IMG/VR virus record: IMGVR_UViG_3300020222_000131 | Coordinates: 1 to 29,205 of that record | Length of the DNA: 29,205 nucleotides | Source: a virus | Lineage: Duplodnaviria; Caudoviricetes | Reading direction: 5' to 3' (one strand) | In this document: positions 16,250-25,079 of the stretch, piece after piece | How the letters are laid out: each line of letters begins with the position of its first letter | How positions within the stretch are numbered: the first letter of the stretch is position 1 | Made by a program: the position numbers and the translations under genes | Notes under the pieces: generated by a model | What the model was told of the DNA's origin: nothing | The model's database searches: none | The model's input: only the letters and a program-made list of their open reading frames with translations

Positions 16250-16423
16250 TTATTTAAAAAATTTATCAAAAGCTTTTTTCCTACCAGTAGGTTTCCATCC
16301 ATGTTCAATGCCTTGAAGGAGACGAACCTGCTTTTTTGCCTTTGCTAAGGAAGTATTCTTAGCCTTAGTCCCATGAGGAGAAAACACTTTATACCCATCT
16401 ACCTTTGTTATACTGTATGGCAT
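16250..16423 (-). CDS. Small basic phage protein (57 aa, not in ORF track)
   Basis: MPYSITKVDGYKVFSPHGTKAKNTSLAKAKKQVRLLQGIEHGWKPTGRKKAFDKFFK*; AAGGAG RBS. The MPY...KA..Q.RLL..IEHG pattern is recalled from phage head modules. Confidence 0.7.
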   Translation of the reverse strand: MPYSITKVDGYKVFSPHGTKAKNTSLAKAKKQVRLLQGIEHGWKPTGRKKAFDKFFK

Positions 16424-16435
16424 AACCTTTCTCCT

Positions 16436-16651
16436 TTAGGCATTAATTTTTACCCATGTTCCACTTGCAACAGTGCAGATATAAGCATCCCCATCAAAAG
16501 AATTCCATAAAAGAGTTCCTACACGAGCAGCAGTATCAGGAGCACCTGTTGTAGTTTTTAACTGAATATTTCTCCAAATCTCCTTCCTACCCTCAAAAGC
16601 TTTATTTAGGATTTTCTTTTTTAATGAATAACTAACACCCGAACCTGCCAT
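16436..16651 (-). CDS. Small virion protein (fibre-like GAP...GTLLWN...YIC...W motif)
   Basis: AAGGAGG RBS; the motif resembles short fibre/decoration domains. Confidence 0.6.
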   Translation of the reverse strand: MAGSGVSYSLKKKILNKAFEGRKEIWRNIQLKTTTGAPDTAARVGTLLWNSFDGDAYICTVASGTWVKINA

Positions 16652-16666
16652 AATATCCTCCTTTAG

Positions 16667-16696
16667 TATTGGGCCTAGAAGAACCCAGGCCCAATA
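16667..16696 (-). promoter_or_regulatory. Intergenic stem-loop (mRNA stability/processing or weak terminator)
   Basis: Perfect 10-bp inverted repeat TATTGGGCCT (16667-16676) / AGGCCCAATA (16687-16696); no U-tract on the sense strand. Confidence 0.55.
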
Positions 16697-16715
16697 GTAA
16701 GTTTAAGTTGTTTTA

Positions 16716-17477
16716 CTAGAACCCAGGCAGAGAAAGCATAATCATCTTATACTCTGTATCTACCCCGGTGTTTAGGAGTGCACCAATACCTTGCTGGTTG
16801 AGACCAGTATTTGGCGTTCCTTCAGTTAGAACTGGTGTAGCAACTGACCCATCTACAGATGTAGAAGGAATAACAACAGTCCCGATTGCAGGGGTACCGT
16901 CTGAAAGAACAATACACATCCCTTTAACCTGACTCCAGTAGTAATAGTTTGCTGTAATAGCTATAGGAGGGATTCCTATTAATACAGCTGTAGGTGGAGA
17001 GTCGTGAATTATTGCTCCACTAAATGGGCTTGCTACTAAGGTATACTCTGAAGATGTAGTCAAAGCATATCTGATGCCATCATAGAGTTGAACTACAAGA
17101 CTTGCAGATGCGTCAGCTGCAGGGTGTCCAGAGACCTTATACATATACCCTTCACCAGCAGCATCATTGATATACAAGAACCCATCTTTATACTGGTTAA
17201 CTGTAGCCGCTGTAGCACCCAAGGTTACAGTTACAGACTTATCTCCTACTGCAGCCGCAACTGCTACTGCTTTATTAACATGGTTTGCTACAGGAATAGC
17301 TGCTTGACAGAGTTTACCTGCTGCTAAGGCAACAGCACCTGCCCTAGTATAGATAAATACTCTACCATCATCTAACTTACGAATAGTCCCAACTCTTTCT
17401 TTAGCCACAGAACTTTCCTCATAAAGTCCTTGACTATAAATCTTTTTCCTTTCCTCTGTGTAATCACCACGAGCCAT
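16716..17477 (-). CDS. Capsid decoration / cement protein
   Basis: Immediately after the MCP; A/V/T/G-rich; GT.R...DGRVF.Y..AG and YYWSQVKG motifs. Confidence 0.65.
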   Translation of the reverse strand: MARGDYTEERKKIYSQGLYEESSVAKERVGTIRKLDDGRVFIYTRAGAVALAAGKLCQAAIPVANHVNKAVAVAAAVGDKSVTVTLGATAATVNQYKDGFLYINDAAGEGYMYKVSGHPAADASASLVVQLYDGIRYALTTSSEYTLVASPFSGAIIHDSPPTAVLIGIPPIAITANYYYWSQVKGMCIVLSDGTPAIGTVVIPSTSVDGSVATPVLTEGTPNTGLNQQGIGALLNTGVDTEYKMIMLSLPGF

Positions 17478-17485
17478 TTAAATTA

Positions 17486-17529
17486 CCTCCATTCAAGGAG
17501 GGGTATAAAGAGTATCAGTCCTTATACCC
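17486..17529 (-). promoter_or_regulatory. Stem-loop after the MCP plus an anti-SD hairpin over the next RBS
   Basis: mRNA GGGUAUAAGGA[CUGAUAC]UCUUUAUACCC, then CCUCC[UUGAAU]GGAGG pairing with the Shine-Dalgarno. Confidence 0.5.
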
Positions 17530-17545
17530 TTTTAATAGGTTTATA

Positions 17546-18511
17546 CTAAGCTGTTATGGTATGTAACACACCATGAACAACTGGTCTTGAGCTTATAAGA
17601 TTCTGAGTACAAAGAATCTGACAAACTCTGTCATTTACCTGGTCTGGAATGGGTTTCCATTCTGTCATCTGCATAAAGTATTCTTCATCTGTAATCAGTT
17701 TAAGGTACTGGGTATTAATAAAATACATTTTAGCAGAAGGAGCAAAAGGGGACCAGAATATAGGACGACCTTTAAACTGGATATTCTCAAACCCTGCATC
17801 TGCAAGAGTTTGGTTAACACTCCTCTTCATTTCCAAGACCTCATCTTCATAATATTCATAACAGTTCTGGTCAGTTACAATTACAATATCCTGAATCTCG
17901 GCCTTTGAATACTTTAGACAAGTATTTAAAAGTGTCCTCATATCAGACAAACCATAGATTGCAAATGAGCCTGTAGCTGCCTTATACTGGTTTCTAAACC
18001 AGGGGTAAACAGCCCTGTCAATACCATGAAGGGTTCCTGAAGTAGGTAGGTCAGCAACTATATTCCTTAACCCATTAGGTTCTTTATCACCTGTCCCATC
18101 AGCGAAAAAGACTCTTTCAAAGTCTTCCCATAAAGCCCTTTCAGCAGCATTAATCCGACTTTCAATAAGTCGAATCACCTGTGCCTGACCCCTATTTCTC
18201 TGGTCTTCTATACCATAACGAGGAATTGAAACTGCAACAGACTTCCACTCTTCATAGGCCATAGTGAGAAATTCCTTATCCTGAATAGGAACAGTATCAC
18301 CTTTACCTATCCAACGGATAGTTTCATTTGAGGCATAGTCAAGAGGAATTTCAATTCTTGTATAACCAGAAATATGTTCAATCCTGCCTTTTTCTTTCAA
18401 CCAGAAAGCAAAGGGGGTTTTAAGGAAAGCCTGTTCAATAGCTTCTTTACGCCTTAGGCTCCAGGTAGATGTAAATAAGTTATCAACTGTTTGTGTCCAA
18501 CTTGGAGGCAT
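17546..18511 (-). CDS. Major capsid protein (HK97 fold)
   Basis: 321 aa after the scaffold; GY..IEIPL.Y, F.DGTG..EPNGL..IV, GIDRA.YPWFRNQ and AGFENI.F.G.PI motifs. Confidence 0.88.
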   Translation of the reverse strand: MPPSWTQTVDNLFTSTWSLRRKEAIEQAFLKTPFAFWLKEKGRIEHISGYTRIEIPLDYASNETIRWIGKGDTVPIQDKEFLTMAYEEWKSVAVSIPRYGIEDQRNRGQAQVIRLIESRINAAERALWEDFERVFFADGTGDKEPNGLRNIVADLPTSGTLHGIDRAVYPWFRNQYKAATGSFAIYGLSDMRTLLNTCLKYSKAEIQDIVIVTDQNCYEYYEDEVLEMKRSVNQTLADAGFENIQFKGRPIFWSPFAPSAKMYFINTQYLKLITDEEYFMQMTEWKPIPDQVNDRVCQILCTQNLISSRPVVHGVLHTITA

Positions 18512-18533
18512 TTAACTTCCCCTCTTTTCTAGG

Positions 18534-19187
18534 CTATTTTTGTTCCTCTTTAAAAACTTCTTCAAAAGCCTGCAAAGCAGCCTCTTTTACAGTTTTAGGT
18601 TCGCCTTTTTTTGCAGAGGAACTAGCAAGACCTTTCTTCTCGCCAAATACCTGAGGGGGTTTTTCCCCTCCCTTACCAACCTCGCCTTTTTTAGCCCCTT
18701 CCTGTTTAGAGGAACGGGCTTTAACAATTATATAAGCTTGTTCTACTGAAAGACTAGGATTTTTTGTTCCCTCAGCCCAGATTTCCTTTTTAAAGTCCCA
18801 GAAATCTGGATATTTTTGTTCACAATCCTTTATCTCATCTTTCATTCTTTGGGTTTCAAGTCTATCAATAATAGGTTGGATAAGAGTCTCTTGAATTTTT
18901 TGATAGACAATATTTGCTAATTCAGTATTAGACACCCCTTCAAGGTCTACATCGTCTGGTTTAGGTTCTGAGCCTTTTTTACCTCCTTCTTTACCTAATT
19001 CAGCTAATAAAGATGCAATATCTGGAGTAGAAGGTGGATCTTTACCTGCCTTCAAGTCTTTTATATCTTGTTCCAGAGACATAAATCTGTCTCCTATTGA
19101 GGTTAAAACCTCAAGAAGTTTTGCACTTTGTTCTTCTGGTGTAGGAGTTGGTTCCCCTGCACCTTTGTCGTCACTATTCACTACCAT
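18534..19187 (-). CDS. Capsid scaffolding protein
   Basis: Acidic, helical, low-complexity protein with KYPDF motif and C-terminal PKTVKEAALQAF helix, directly upstream of the MCP. Confidence 0.75.
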   Translation of the reverse strand: MVVNSDDKGAGEPTPTPEEQSAKLLEVLTSIGDRFMSLEQDIKDLKAGKDPPSTPDIASLLAELGKEGGKKGSEPKPDDVDLEGVSNTELANIVYQKIQETLIQPIIDRLETQRMKDEIKDCEQKYPDFWDFKKEIWAEGTKNPSLSVEQAYIIVKARSSKQEGAKKGEVGKGGEKPPQVFGEKKGLASSSAKKGEPKTVKEAALQAFEEVFKEEQK

Positions 19188-19386
19188 CTTGACCCTCCCT
19201 TCTCCTATTTAGATTATAGTGTTTATACGCCTTGACAATAATAGAAAAGAGGGTATCAATATGCCCACCTTTCCATTCGCCGGTTAGTTCTACCTTTGGG
19301 GGCTTCTGTTTATCTGAGAGTATTGTAACTGAAATACTTCTCAGAATAGCCTCCTCTGGTTCAATAGATACAGTTTTCGCTTTCAT
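19174..19386 (-). CDS. Hypothetical protein
   Basis: AAGGAG RBS; overlaps the scaffold start. Confidence 0.6.
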   Translation of the reverse strand: MKAKTVSIEPEEAILRSISVTILSDKQKPPKVELTGEWKGGHIDTLFSIIVKAYKHYNLNRRREGQDGSE

Positions 19387-19405
19387 ACCTTCTCCTTACA
19401 CCTCC

Positions 19406-19657
19406 TTACATATATCCTGTAGCAATAACACCCCTCTTTTTACACACCTCTTTTAACTGCTTTTTAGATTCTATATAAATAGGTTGCTCTGAAATATGTT
19501 CCCAGAATCCTGGTTTCCAAATATGGGGATTAGATGAAGCAACCTGCCTTTTCATTATCTGTCCACATTCACATTGTACAGGAGAATCTAAAGAGGATAG
19601 AGGTTTGAATATCTCCAAGATTTTTGCACAGGAGCATTTATATACATAAATAGGCAT
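19406..19657 (-). CDS. FmdB-family zinc-ribbon protein
   Basis: MPIYVYKCSC...CECGQIMKR; TAATG coupling to the portal, a frequent synteny. Confidence 0.8.
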   Translation of the reverse strand: MPIYVYKCSCAKILEIFKPLSSLDSPVQCECGQIMKRQVASSNPHIWKPGFWEHISEQPIYIESKKQLKEVCKKRGVIATGYM

Positions 19658-21360
19658 TACCCACCCTGTTTAACAAAGTTTTCTATACTTAAAGGTTCTT
19701 TTATAGACCCAAGGCCTGGCATTTGCGGGCCTCCCTGCATCCCTGGCATAATAGGAGGAACCTGAGGTATTTGAGGGTTAATAATCATACTCCAAGTTGG
19801 GTCAATCCATTCATATTGCCTAAGAAGGAGTTTTAATAAAAGGGTTTGGTCTATATAAGGATTTCCTCTAAGCATTCCATATAATTCTCTAGCCTGCTGG
19901 TATCTCAACTGTCTGGAAACAGGTAAACCTGAGTCTGGGTCTAACTGCAAACTATATTCCCCTTTAATTTCATCTCCCTTATATTTTATCCATTGCTGAG
20001 CACCATCGGGCCCAACAACCTTTATAACTCTTTCTCCTGTCCAAAAACTAAAAATATACTGATTCCATTTCTTCATAATATTTATAAAGGTGTCTGCAAC
20101 TATATCCCGCCTTTCATCTCCCCGAATTTCTGTCGCCTCCCTTACAGCCATAACCTCTGTTGCAGTCCTGGGAGATACTGGTGCAACAAATTCTCCTGCT
20201 TGATTACGAGAGTAACCCAAAGTTTCTCTGAAATCCATTAAAATTTCCTGAGCCTCTCTCCAAAGTTCTGGGGGCATATGAGGTTGAAAAGGAAATACAG
20301 CCGCTCCAGGAGAACTTGAAACAGGTATAGCTGCTCCTGCATCTTCAGATAATAGCCTTTCTAAATCTTCCTTTTTAATAGTGTCTTTTTCAAAGAGGAA
20401 TTTAAGTAAGGTTAGCCTTCTATGTTTTGACTGTTGAAGTTTAACCTCATTAAGTTCTAGTTGTTGGGGTTCTCCAATCCTTACATCTGGTATTCCCCAA
20501 AAGTAGTCTGGATCCTGGTTAAAGATTATAAATTCCCAGGGGAAACCCTCAATTTGAAGGGCATCCTCTGCCTCCAGGAGTAGGTTTCCTTCAGAGATGA
20601 CATAAATTCTTTTTCTTTTATAGTCACGTATCTCTTTTAAAAGGCAGAGGTTTTCTCCAGTACTCTTAGACCATAAATAAAGTTTATCTTTATTTTTATC
20701 CCTTAACTTATACCCACCTTTTAAATCTTTTACATTCCTATACTTCTGGTCACCTTTAACATCTTCAAGAGGCCTAAAGATACAATGCCCAATCCAAGGA
20801 AACTCCTCTGAAGAAGAATAACCTGCAGGAGTTACTACATCACTAGGAGGGACACTAATTGCCCAAGGCATACCACTTTTTATATTTACCCTATACTCTA
20901 TTGCTTCTGCATCTTCTGTGTGTACCTGAGTAGCAGTTGAAGAATCTGGACCTACTGCCTGCTCAGGTAGGAATCCAAACTCAGAATCATACCCAAGTTT
21001 AATAGGCCCAGTTCCACACAGGTAGGTATCCAGGATAGCTCTTTTTAACTGGTATTTCAAGTTTAGTTCCTTTATAAGATAATTGTCTACTGCTTCTACA
21101 ACTCTAGCATGCCATTCAAATTCAGGTCTTAAGGCAGTTACAGTTACAGTAGGACTTTTAAAATATGTCCTCGGAACAAGGGATTTACCAAAAGAGAAGA
21201 TTTTATTAACTGGTACAAGACCTTCCTTCCAGTCCCCTCTATAGTATTGTTTGTATTTCTCCCAATCCTCAGGTTTAGCAAATTGCTCTTTATATTTTGT
21301 ACCAGCACTTAATTCTTTCTCCCAGTATTTAACAATAGTTTCCTGTTCTTTTTTACTCAT
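19657..21360 (-). CDS. Portal protein
   Basis: 567 aa with G.G.IK.GY, FWGIPD, QLELN and RTATEV motifs and a Pro/Gln-rich tail; lies between terminase and scaffold. Confidence 0.88.
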   Translation of the reverse strand: MSKKEQETIVKYWEKELSAGTKYKEQFAKPEDWEKYKQYYRGDWKEGLVPVNKIFSFGKSLVPRTYFKSPTVTVTALRPEFEWHARVVEAVDNYLIKELNLKYQLKRAILDTYLCGTGPIKLGYDSEFGFLPEQAVGPDSSTATQVHTEDAEAIEYRVNIKSGMPWAISVPPSDVVTPAGYSSSEEFPWIGHCIFRPLEDVKGDQKYRNVKDLKGGYKLRDKNKDKLYLWSKSTGENLCLLKEIRDYKRKRIYVISEGNLLLEAEDALQIEGFPWEFIIFNQDPDYFWGIPDVRIGEPQQLELNEVKLQQSKHRRLTLLKFLFEKDTIKKEDLERLLSEDAGAAIPVSSSPGAAVFPFQPHMPPELWREAQEILMDFRETLGYSRNQAGEFVAPVSPRTATEVMAVREATEIRGDERRDIVADTFINIMKKWNQYIFSFWTGERVIKVVGPDGAQQWIKYKGDEIKGEYSLQLDPDSGLPVSRQLRYQQARELYGMLRGNPYIDQTLLLKLLLRQYEWIDPTWSMIINPQIPQVPPIMPGMQGGPQMPGLGSIKEPLSIENFVKQGG

Positions 21361-21361
21361 T

Positions 21362-24010
21362 TCACTTAAACTCCTTTAAAATAAAGCCCCTTCTAGGTTG
21401 CCCCTTCCCAGAGAAATATTTTTCTAAAGTTTCTGCATAAGCCTTTGGTATTTGAAATGTCCTCCCTCCGTAACGGAATAGGACTTGGTCTCTAGGTACC
21501 AGTTCAGGGTCTACTTTAGAAACCTGAAGTTCATAGGTTTTCATCCAATCCTTTAGTATATCCCTTGGTTTGATTTGCTCTTTCATCCACCCCTTCCTCA
21601 TTTCAGCAGAATATAGAGATTGGAGAACTTTCGCTGTTTCAGCTTCCTTTAAAAATTTAGGCCTAACCTGCCCCCATCTTTCAAATTGTTCAAGGTATTT
21701 CTTCCTTCCTGTAGCAGCCATTGTATTAGTTAAATGGTCTTTATCCAGGGTTATATATTTCCCATTTTCAAAAACAATAACCCTCCATTTGTCTGGACCA
21801 GACCTAACCTCTCTTACAGTCTGACCTCTTATTGTCTTACCTGCTAATTCTGCTGTAGCAGAGGATATCCTGGGATAGTGGGTTTTGAAGTATTCTCTAG
21901 AAGCCTTAGGTTGAATGTCGAAAGGAATTTGTTCCTTAGGAGAAAAAGGCATCCAACCTGGTTTTTTAGGCATTTGAGCCTCAGCCTCAGAGGGAGTAAT
22001 TAACTCCATCCCACCTCCTATAAGACCTCCTGTAAGAGGTAGAACCCAGGCAGGAAGGCGCATTCTAGCCTCTCTATCTATTATACTAATTGGGCTTACC
22101 TCAACAAAGCCCATTTTCCTAGGTAAATCATCATAATAGGTCTTAGCCTTTGCAACTCCAACGCCTTGTTCTTTTTTAACTGCTTCAGAAGTATAAATAT
22201 AGAGTTTATCTACTCCTTGCTTCCTTGCCTCAGAAGCTAAACTAGCAATCCCATATTCCCCCCAATCTTGGTGTTGATGAATGAAGTTACGAAGAGCTAT
22301 AACTCTTGGGTCGTTTTCTGCACATCCCCTTAGTGCAAACTCTCCATACTTTTCTAGTATAGCGTCTTTGAATCTAGGAGACCCTGTTAAAAAAACCTTT
22401 TCTAACTTCTGTTTTATACCCTCTATGGATGAAGCCTTAACCTCCAAAGCAGGAGAGGTTATACTAAACCTGAAACCCTTCTTGGTTGGGGAAGAAGCGT
22501 TGGCTGCATTAGTAATGATTTTATCAAGTAATGTCGTATCAGGGCGATAATTAAGAATAATATCAGTAAGTTTTTCTACTTCTACATTTTTTATAGCTCT
22601 TCTAGCTACTGCAATAGGGTCACTCTGTATCTCTCTAACTACCCAAGCATTTTCTGATGGGTGATGTATAACATCTAACCAACCTATAGTATTCTTACCT
22701 TTTATGCCCATAGTTTCGTGTAGGCCAAAAGACTCCACCATCTTTTCAGGAATTTCTTTAGGATCCATTTTTACCTGCAAGTACTGTTGTGAGAAAGGAT
22801 TACCTGTTAGTTCATACCTGTACCGAGGTTCAACACTTTTTTGTATTCCCTGAAGAATATCAGCTTTTGAAGCAATAGTTCCTTTATTAAAGACCTCACT
22901 AAGTACTTGAGGATACTTTACAAAAGGTCCAGGAAAGGTTTTTGCAGCTTCTTTATAGGGTAAAGACTCCCTATCTCCCATATAGTGTAAAAGCCTATAA
23001 TAAGTATCTTCAAGAGGTGAAGTTGCAGGAGGAAGAGTGGAATAAGGTACTGAGGCAGGAGGGGTAATCTTACTCCCAACAAATTGGGGGTAGGCAGCCG
23101 CTAACTCCCCCCAGACTTCACGCCTAATTCTCTGTTCTAGAGAACCATATATTTTGTCGGGCACAGTTATTTGGGGAATGTCAAGGGGTGTTCTAATCAC
23201 TTGCCCAGACTGAATTTTCTGTTCCCCTGCTATATAAAGAGAGTTTCCATACCTCTCAATAGCCTCCTTCACCTTAGGGTCTTTTAGATACCTAGCCTCA
23301 TGCCTTCTAATTAAGGGGCTTACCTTACTCCTTAAAAGGTGTCTAAGAGTAGGAGCTATAACCGCCTCCTCCCTTATAAAGTCTTCTAGGTTCGCCTGGG
23401 CAAATCTAGAATCTAATTCAGTGTCTATAAAGACGAACTCATTGAATGGGTCCTGGACATTTTTCTTACTAGTTACATAATTATAGGACCTAGCAGAAGA
23501 TAGAACGTCTTCATATATCTTTCTAAGAGGCACCGCCCATTGATATTTTCCTGGACTTACCTCTTTAATACCGTATTTTCCTAGATAGGATAAACTCTCC
23601 TTTACTGCCTTAGGACTCAAAGTTGTCCTCCTAGTAGTTTGTACCTTCTCCATTAGAGCTTTTAGTTCAGGGAGGGTCCTCTCCTGCCCTAAGTTTCCCC
23701 AATTTTTTAGAACTTCACTCCCATATCCATATCGAAGAGGTTCGTCAGATTCTTTTTGGATAAACTGGTATTTCTTTAAAGGAAAATCAGCGAACCTATA
23801 ACCAGGTACACCCAAGACTGTTTCTTTCCTTCCCCCAGCCTTATAAACACTTCTAAGGTCTAGAAACTTCTCCTGTAAAACCTCCTGAAGCTCTCTGGTT
23901 GGCATCCACCCCCCTGCTTGAAGTCCTTTTTGTTTTAAAAGGTCTGTTACAATTTTGCCCCTGAATGCTGCTTCAGCCTCATCAGGAGAAAATATATCCC
24001 AAATGCTCAT
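21362..24010 (-). CDS. Large polyvalent-type protein (EIQSD domain), probably virion-packaged
   Basis: GWL...VVREIQSD...EARKQGVDKLYI...YYD.LP domain pattern; two PxEAEA motifs. Start placed at ATG 24010 (ATGA overlap). Confidence 0.55.
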   Translation of the reverse strand: MSIWDIFSPDEAEAAFRGKIVTDLLKQKGLQAGGWMPTRELQEVLQEKFLDLRSVYKAGGRKETVLGVPGYRFADFPLKKYQFIQKESDEPLRYGYGSEVLKNWGNLGQERTLPELKALMEKVQTTRRTTLSPKAVKESLSYLGKYGIKEVSPGKYQWAVPLRKIYEDVLSSARSYNYVTSKKNVQDPFNEFVFIDTELDSRFAQANLEDFIREEAVIAPTLRHLLRSKVSPLIRRHEARYLKDPKVKEAIERYGNSLYIAGEQKIQSGQVIRTPLDIPQITVPDKIYGSLEQRIRREVWGELAAAYPQFVGSKITPPASVPYSTLPPATSPLEDTYYRLLHYMGDRESLPYKEAAKTFPGPFVKYPQVLSEVFNKGTIASKADILQGIQKSVEPRYRYELTGNPFSQQYLQVKMDPKEIPEKMVESFGLHETMGIKGKNTIGWLDVIHHPSENAWVVREIQSDPIAVARRAIKNVEVEKLTDIILNYRPDTTLLDKIITNAANASSPTKKGFRFSITSPALEVKASSIEGIKQKLEKVFLTGSPRFKDAILEKYGEFALRGCAENDPRVIALRNFIHQHQDWGEYGIASLASEARKQGVDKLYIYTSEAVKKEQGVGVAKAKTYYDDLPRKMGFVEVSPISIIDREARMRLPAWVLPLTGGLIGGGMELITPSEAEAQMPKKPGWMPFSPKEQIPFDIQPKASREYFKTHYPRISSATAELAGKTIRGQTVREVRSGPDKWRVIVFENGKYITLDKDHLTNTMAATGRKKYLEQFERWGQVRPKFLKEAETAKVLQSLYSAEMRKGWMKEQIKPRDILKDWMKTYELQVSKVDPELVPRDQVLFRYGGRTFQIPKAYAETLEKYFSGKGQPRRGFILKEFK

Positions 24011-25068
24011 TCCACCCACCCCCAAGTTTTTAACTGGGCCTCTTTTTCTTCAAAATCTTTACCTATATCCATTCTGTAATGGATATCTTTTATAAGATTC
24101 ATATTTGAAATTGTCCTGTATACCCTCCTCCTTGCCTCCCGAGGATCCTCTCCCCAAGCTGTTACACACCCTAAGGTATTTTTTATGCCTGAAAGAAGGG
24201 GTATGTTATCTTTATAAATAGAGTCTGAAAGCCAGATATGATTTTCTGCTGGAATGGGCACTTCAAAGGCTTTAAGATTTGCTAATTGAACTACCTCCCC
24301 AGGAATAAGGAGGCGAATTGAGATTGAATATTTTGAACTAAAAATGCTTTGCTGTTGAGAACCTATAGCTATGTTAAATAGAAAACTATAAAGGTCTCCC
24401 TTTAAAAGTTCACATAGAGCCTGGAAGGTATCATAATGGAAGTTTGAATACAAGGAGAGGAAGTAAATATCTTCTTCTGTAAGAAGGCATTTAATTTGAA
24501 TTGGGCCGATGTAGTTAGATTTCTCTAGAAACTCAGTCAGGGCAAGAAGAGAGTTTCTTATAGCCTTATTCTCTAAGGATACCCAAAGAATACCACCCAT
24601 AAAACCTACTTTTGGACCTTTGTCTCCTTCCGCAAGTCTATCCCAGGTAATAGAATGAGTAAAAGGAGGAATCCATTTATCCCCATTAAACCAACCTCCA
24701 ATAAGGAGTTCAATTCCCTTTGGGAGGTTTTCTAGGGACATTTTCATAGGAGTTAGACTTATTAACTTCTCCCTAAAAAGCTGACTAAAGTACAAGGTAT
24801 CTTGCACTACTCCCCCTCCCAATACCACCCCTCCTCCTTGTACCAGCTTATCTGCTGTAACCCCAAGTCCAACCATGTCAAAGAGGATAAGGTTAGGCCT
24901 GGACCCGGATAGGAGTTTTGGGACCGTTCTTGGATTTGTGGAACCTTTACCCGTAATTTTATAGTAGGGGTCCCGGATGTAGACATCAACAGTATGTCCT
25001 TCTCTGGATAATTTTGTTGCGATGGAGTAACCATCGCCTGCTTTAGATACAAGTAACACCTCCGCCAT
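24007..25068 (-). CDS. Degenerate PurD-like ATP-grasp protein
   Basis: GARS-like N domain (ILFDMVGLG, VLGGG), GIE...GGWFNG, DKGPKVGFMG (cf. GPNTGGMG), C-terminal VTAWG...EARRRVY...YRMDIG. Confidence 0.7.
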   Translation of the reverse strand: MAEVLLVSKAGDGYSIATKLSREGHTVDVYIRDPYYKITGKGSTNPRTVPKLLSGSRPNLILFDMVGLGVTADKLVQGGGVVLGGGVVQDTLYFSQLFREKLISLTPMKMSLENLPKGIELLIGGWFNGDKWIPPFTHSITWDRLAEGDKGPKVGFMGGILWVSLENKAIRNSLLALTEFLEKSNYIGPIQIKCLLTEEDIYFLSLYSNFHYDTFQALCELLKGDLYSFLFNIAIGSQQQSIFSSKYSISIRLLIPGEVVQLANLKAFEVPIPAENHIWLSDSIYKDNIPLLSGIKNTLGCVTAWGEDPREARRRVYRTISNMNLIKDIHYRMDIGKDFEEKEAQLKTWGWVE

Positions 25069-25079
25069 TTTCTTTTTTC

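Noticed and set aside
1119-22550. Plus-strand ORFs inside the late operon (1119, 2394, 3509, 12735, 15319, 17088, 17649, 18540, 19232, 19993, 21570, 22281)
   Set aside because: Antisense shadows of well-supported genes; no convincing RBS or protein-like motifs.
5312-25052. Alternate-frame minus-strand ORFs (5312, 5753, 12031, 14047, 24807)
   Set aside because: Nested in or across stronger genes, with no lipobox or other motif suggesting real overprinting.
24007-25068. Calling this a functional purD auxiliary metabolic gene
   Set aside because: Key catalytic motifs and the lid domain appear lost, and the context is the packaging module.
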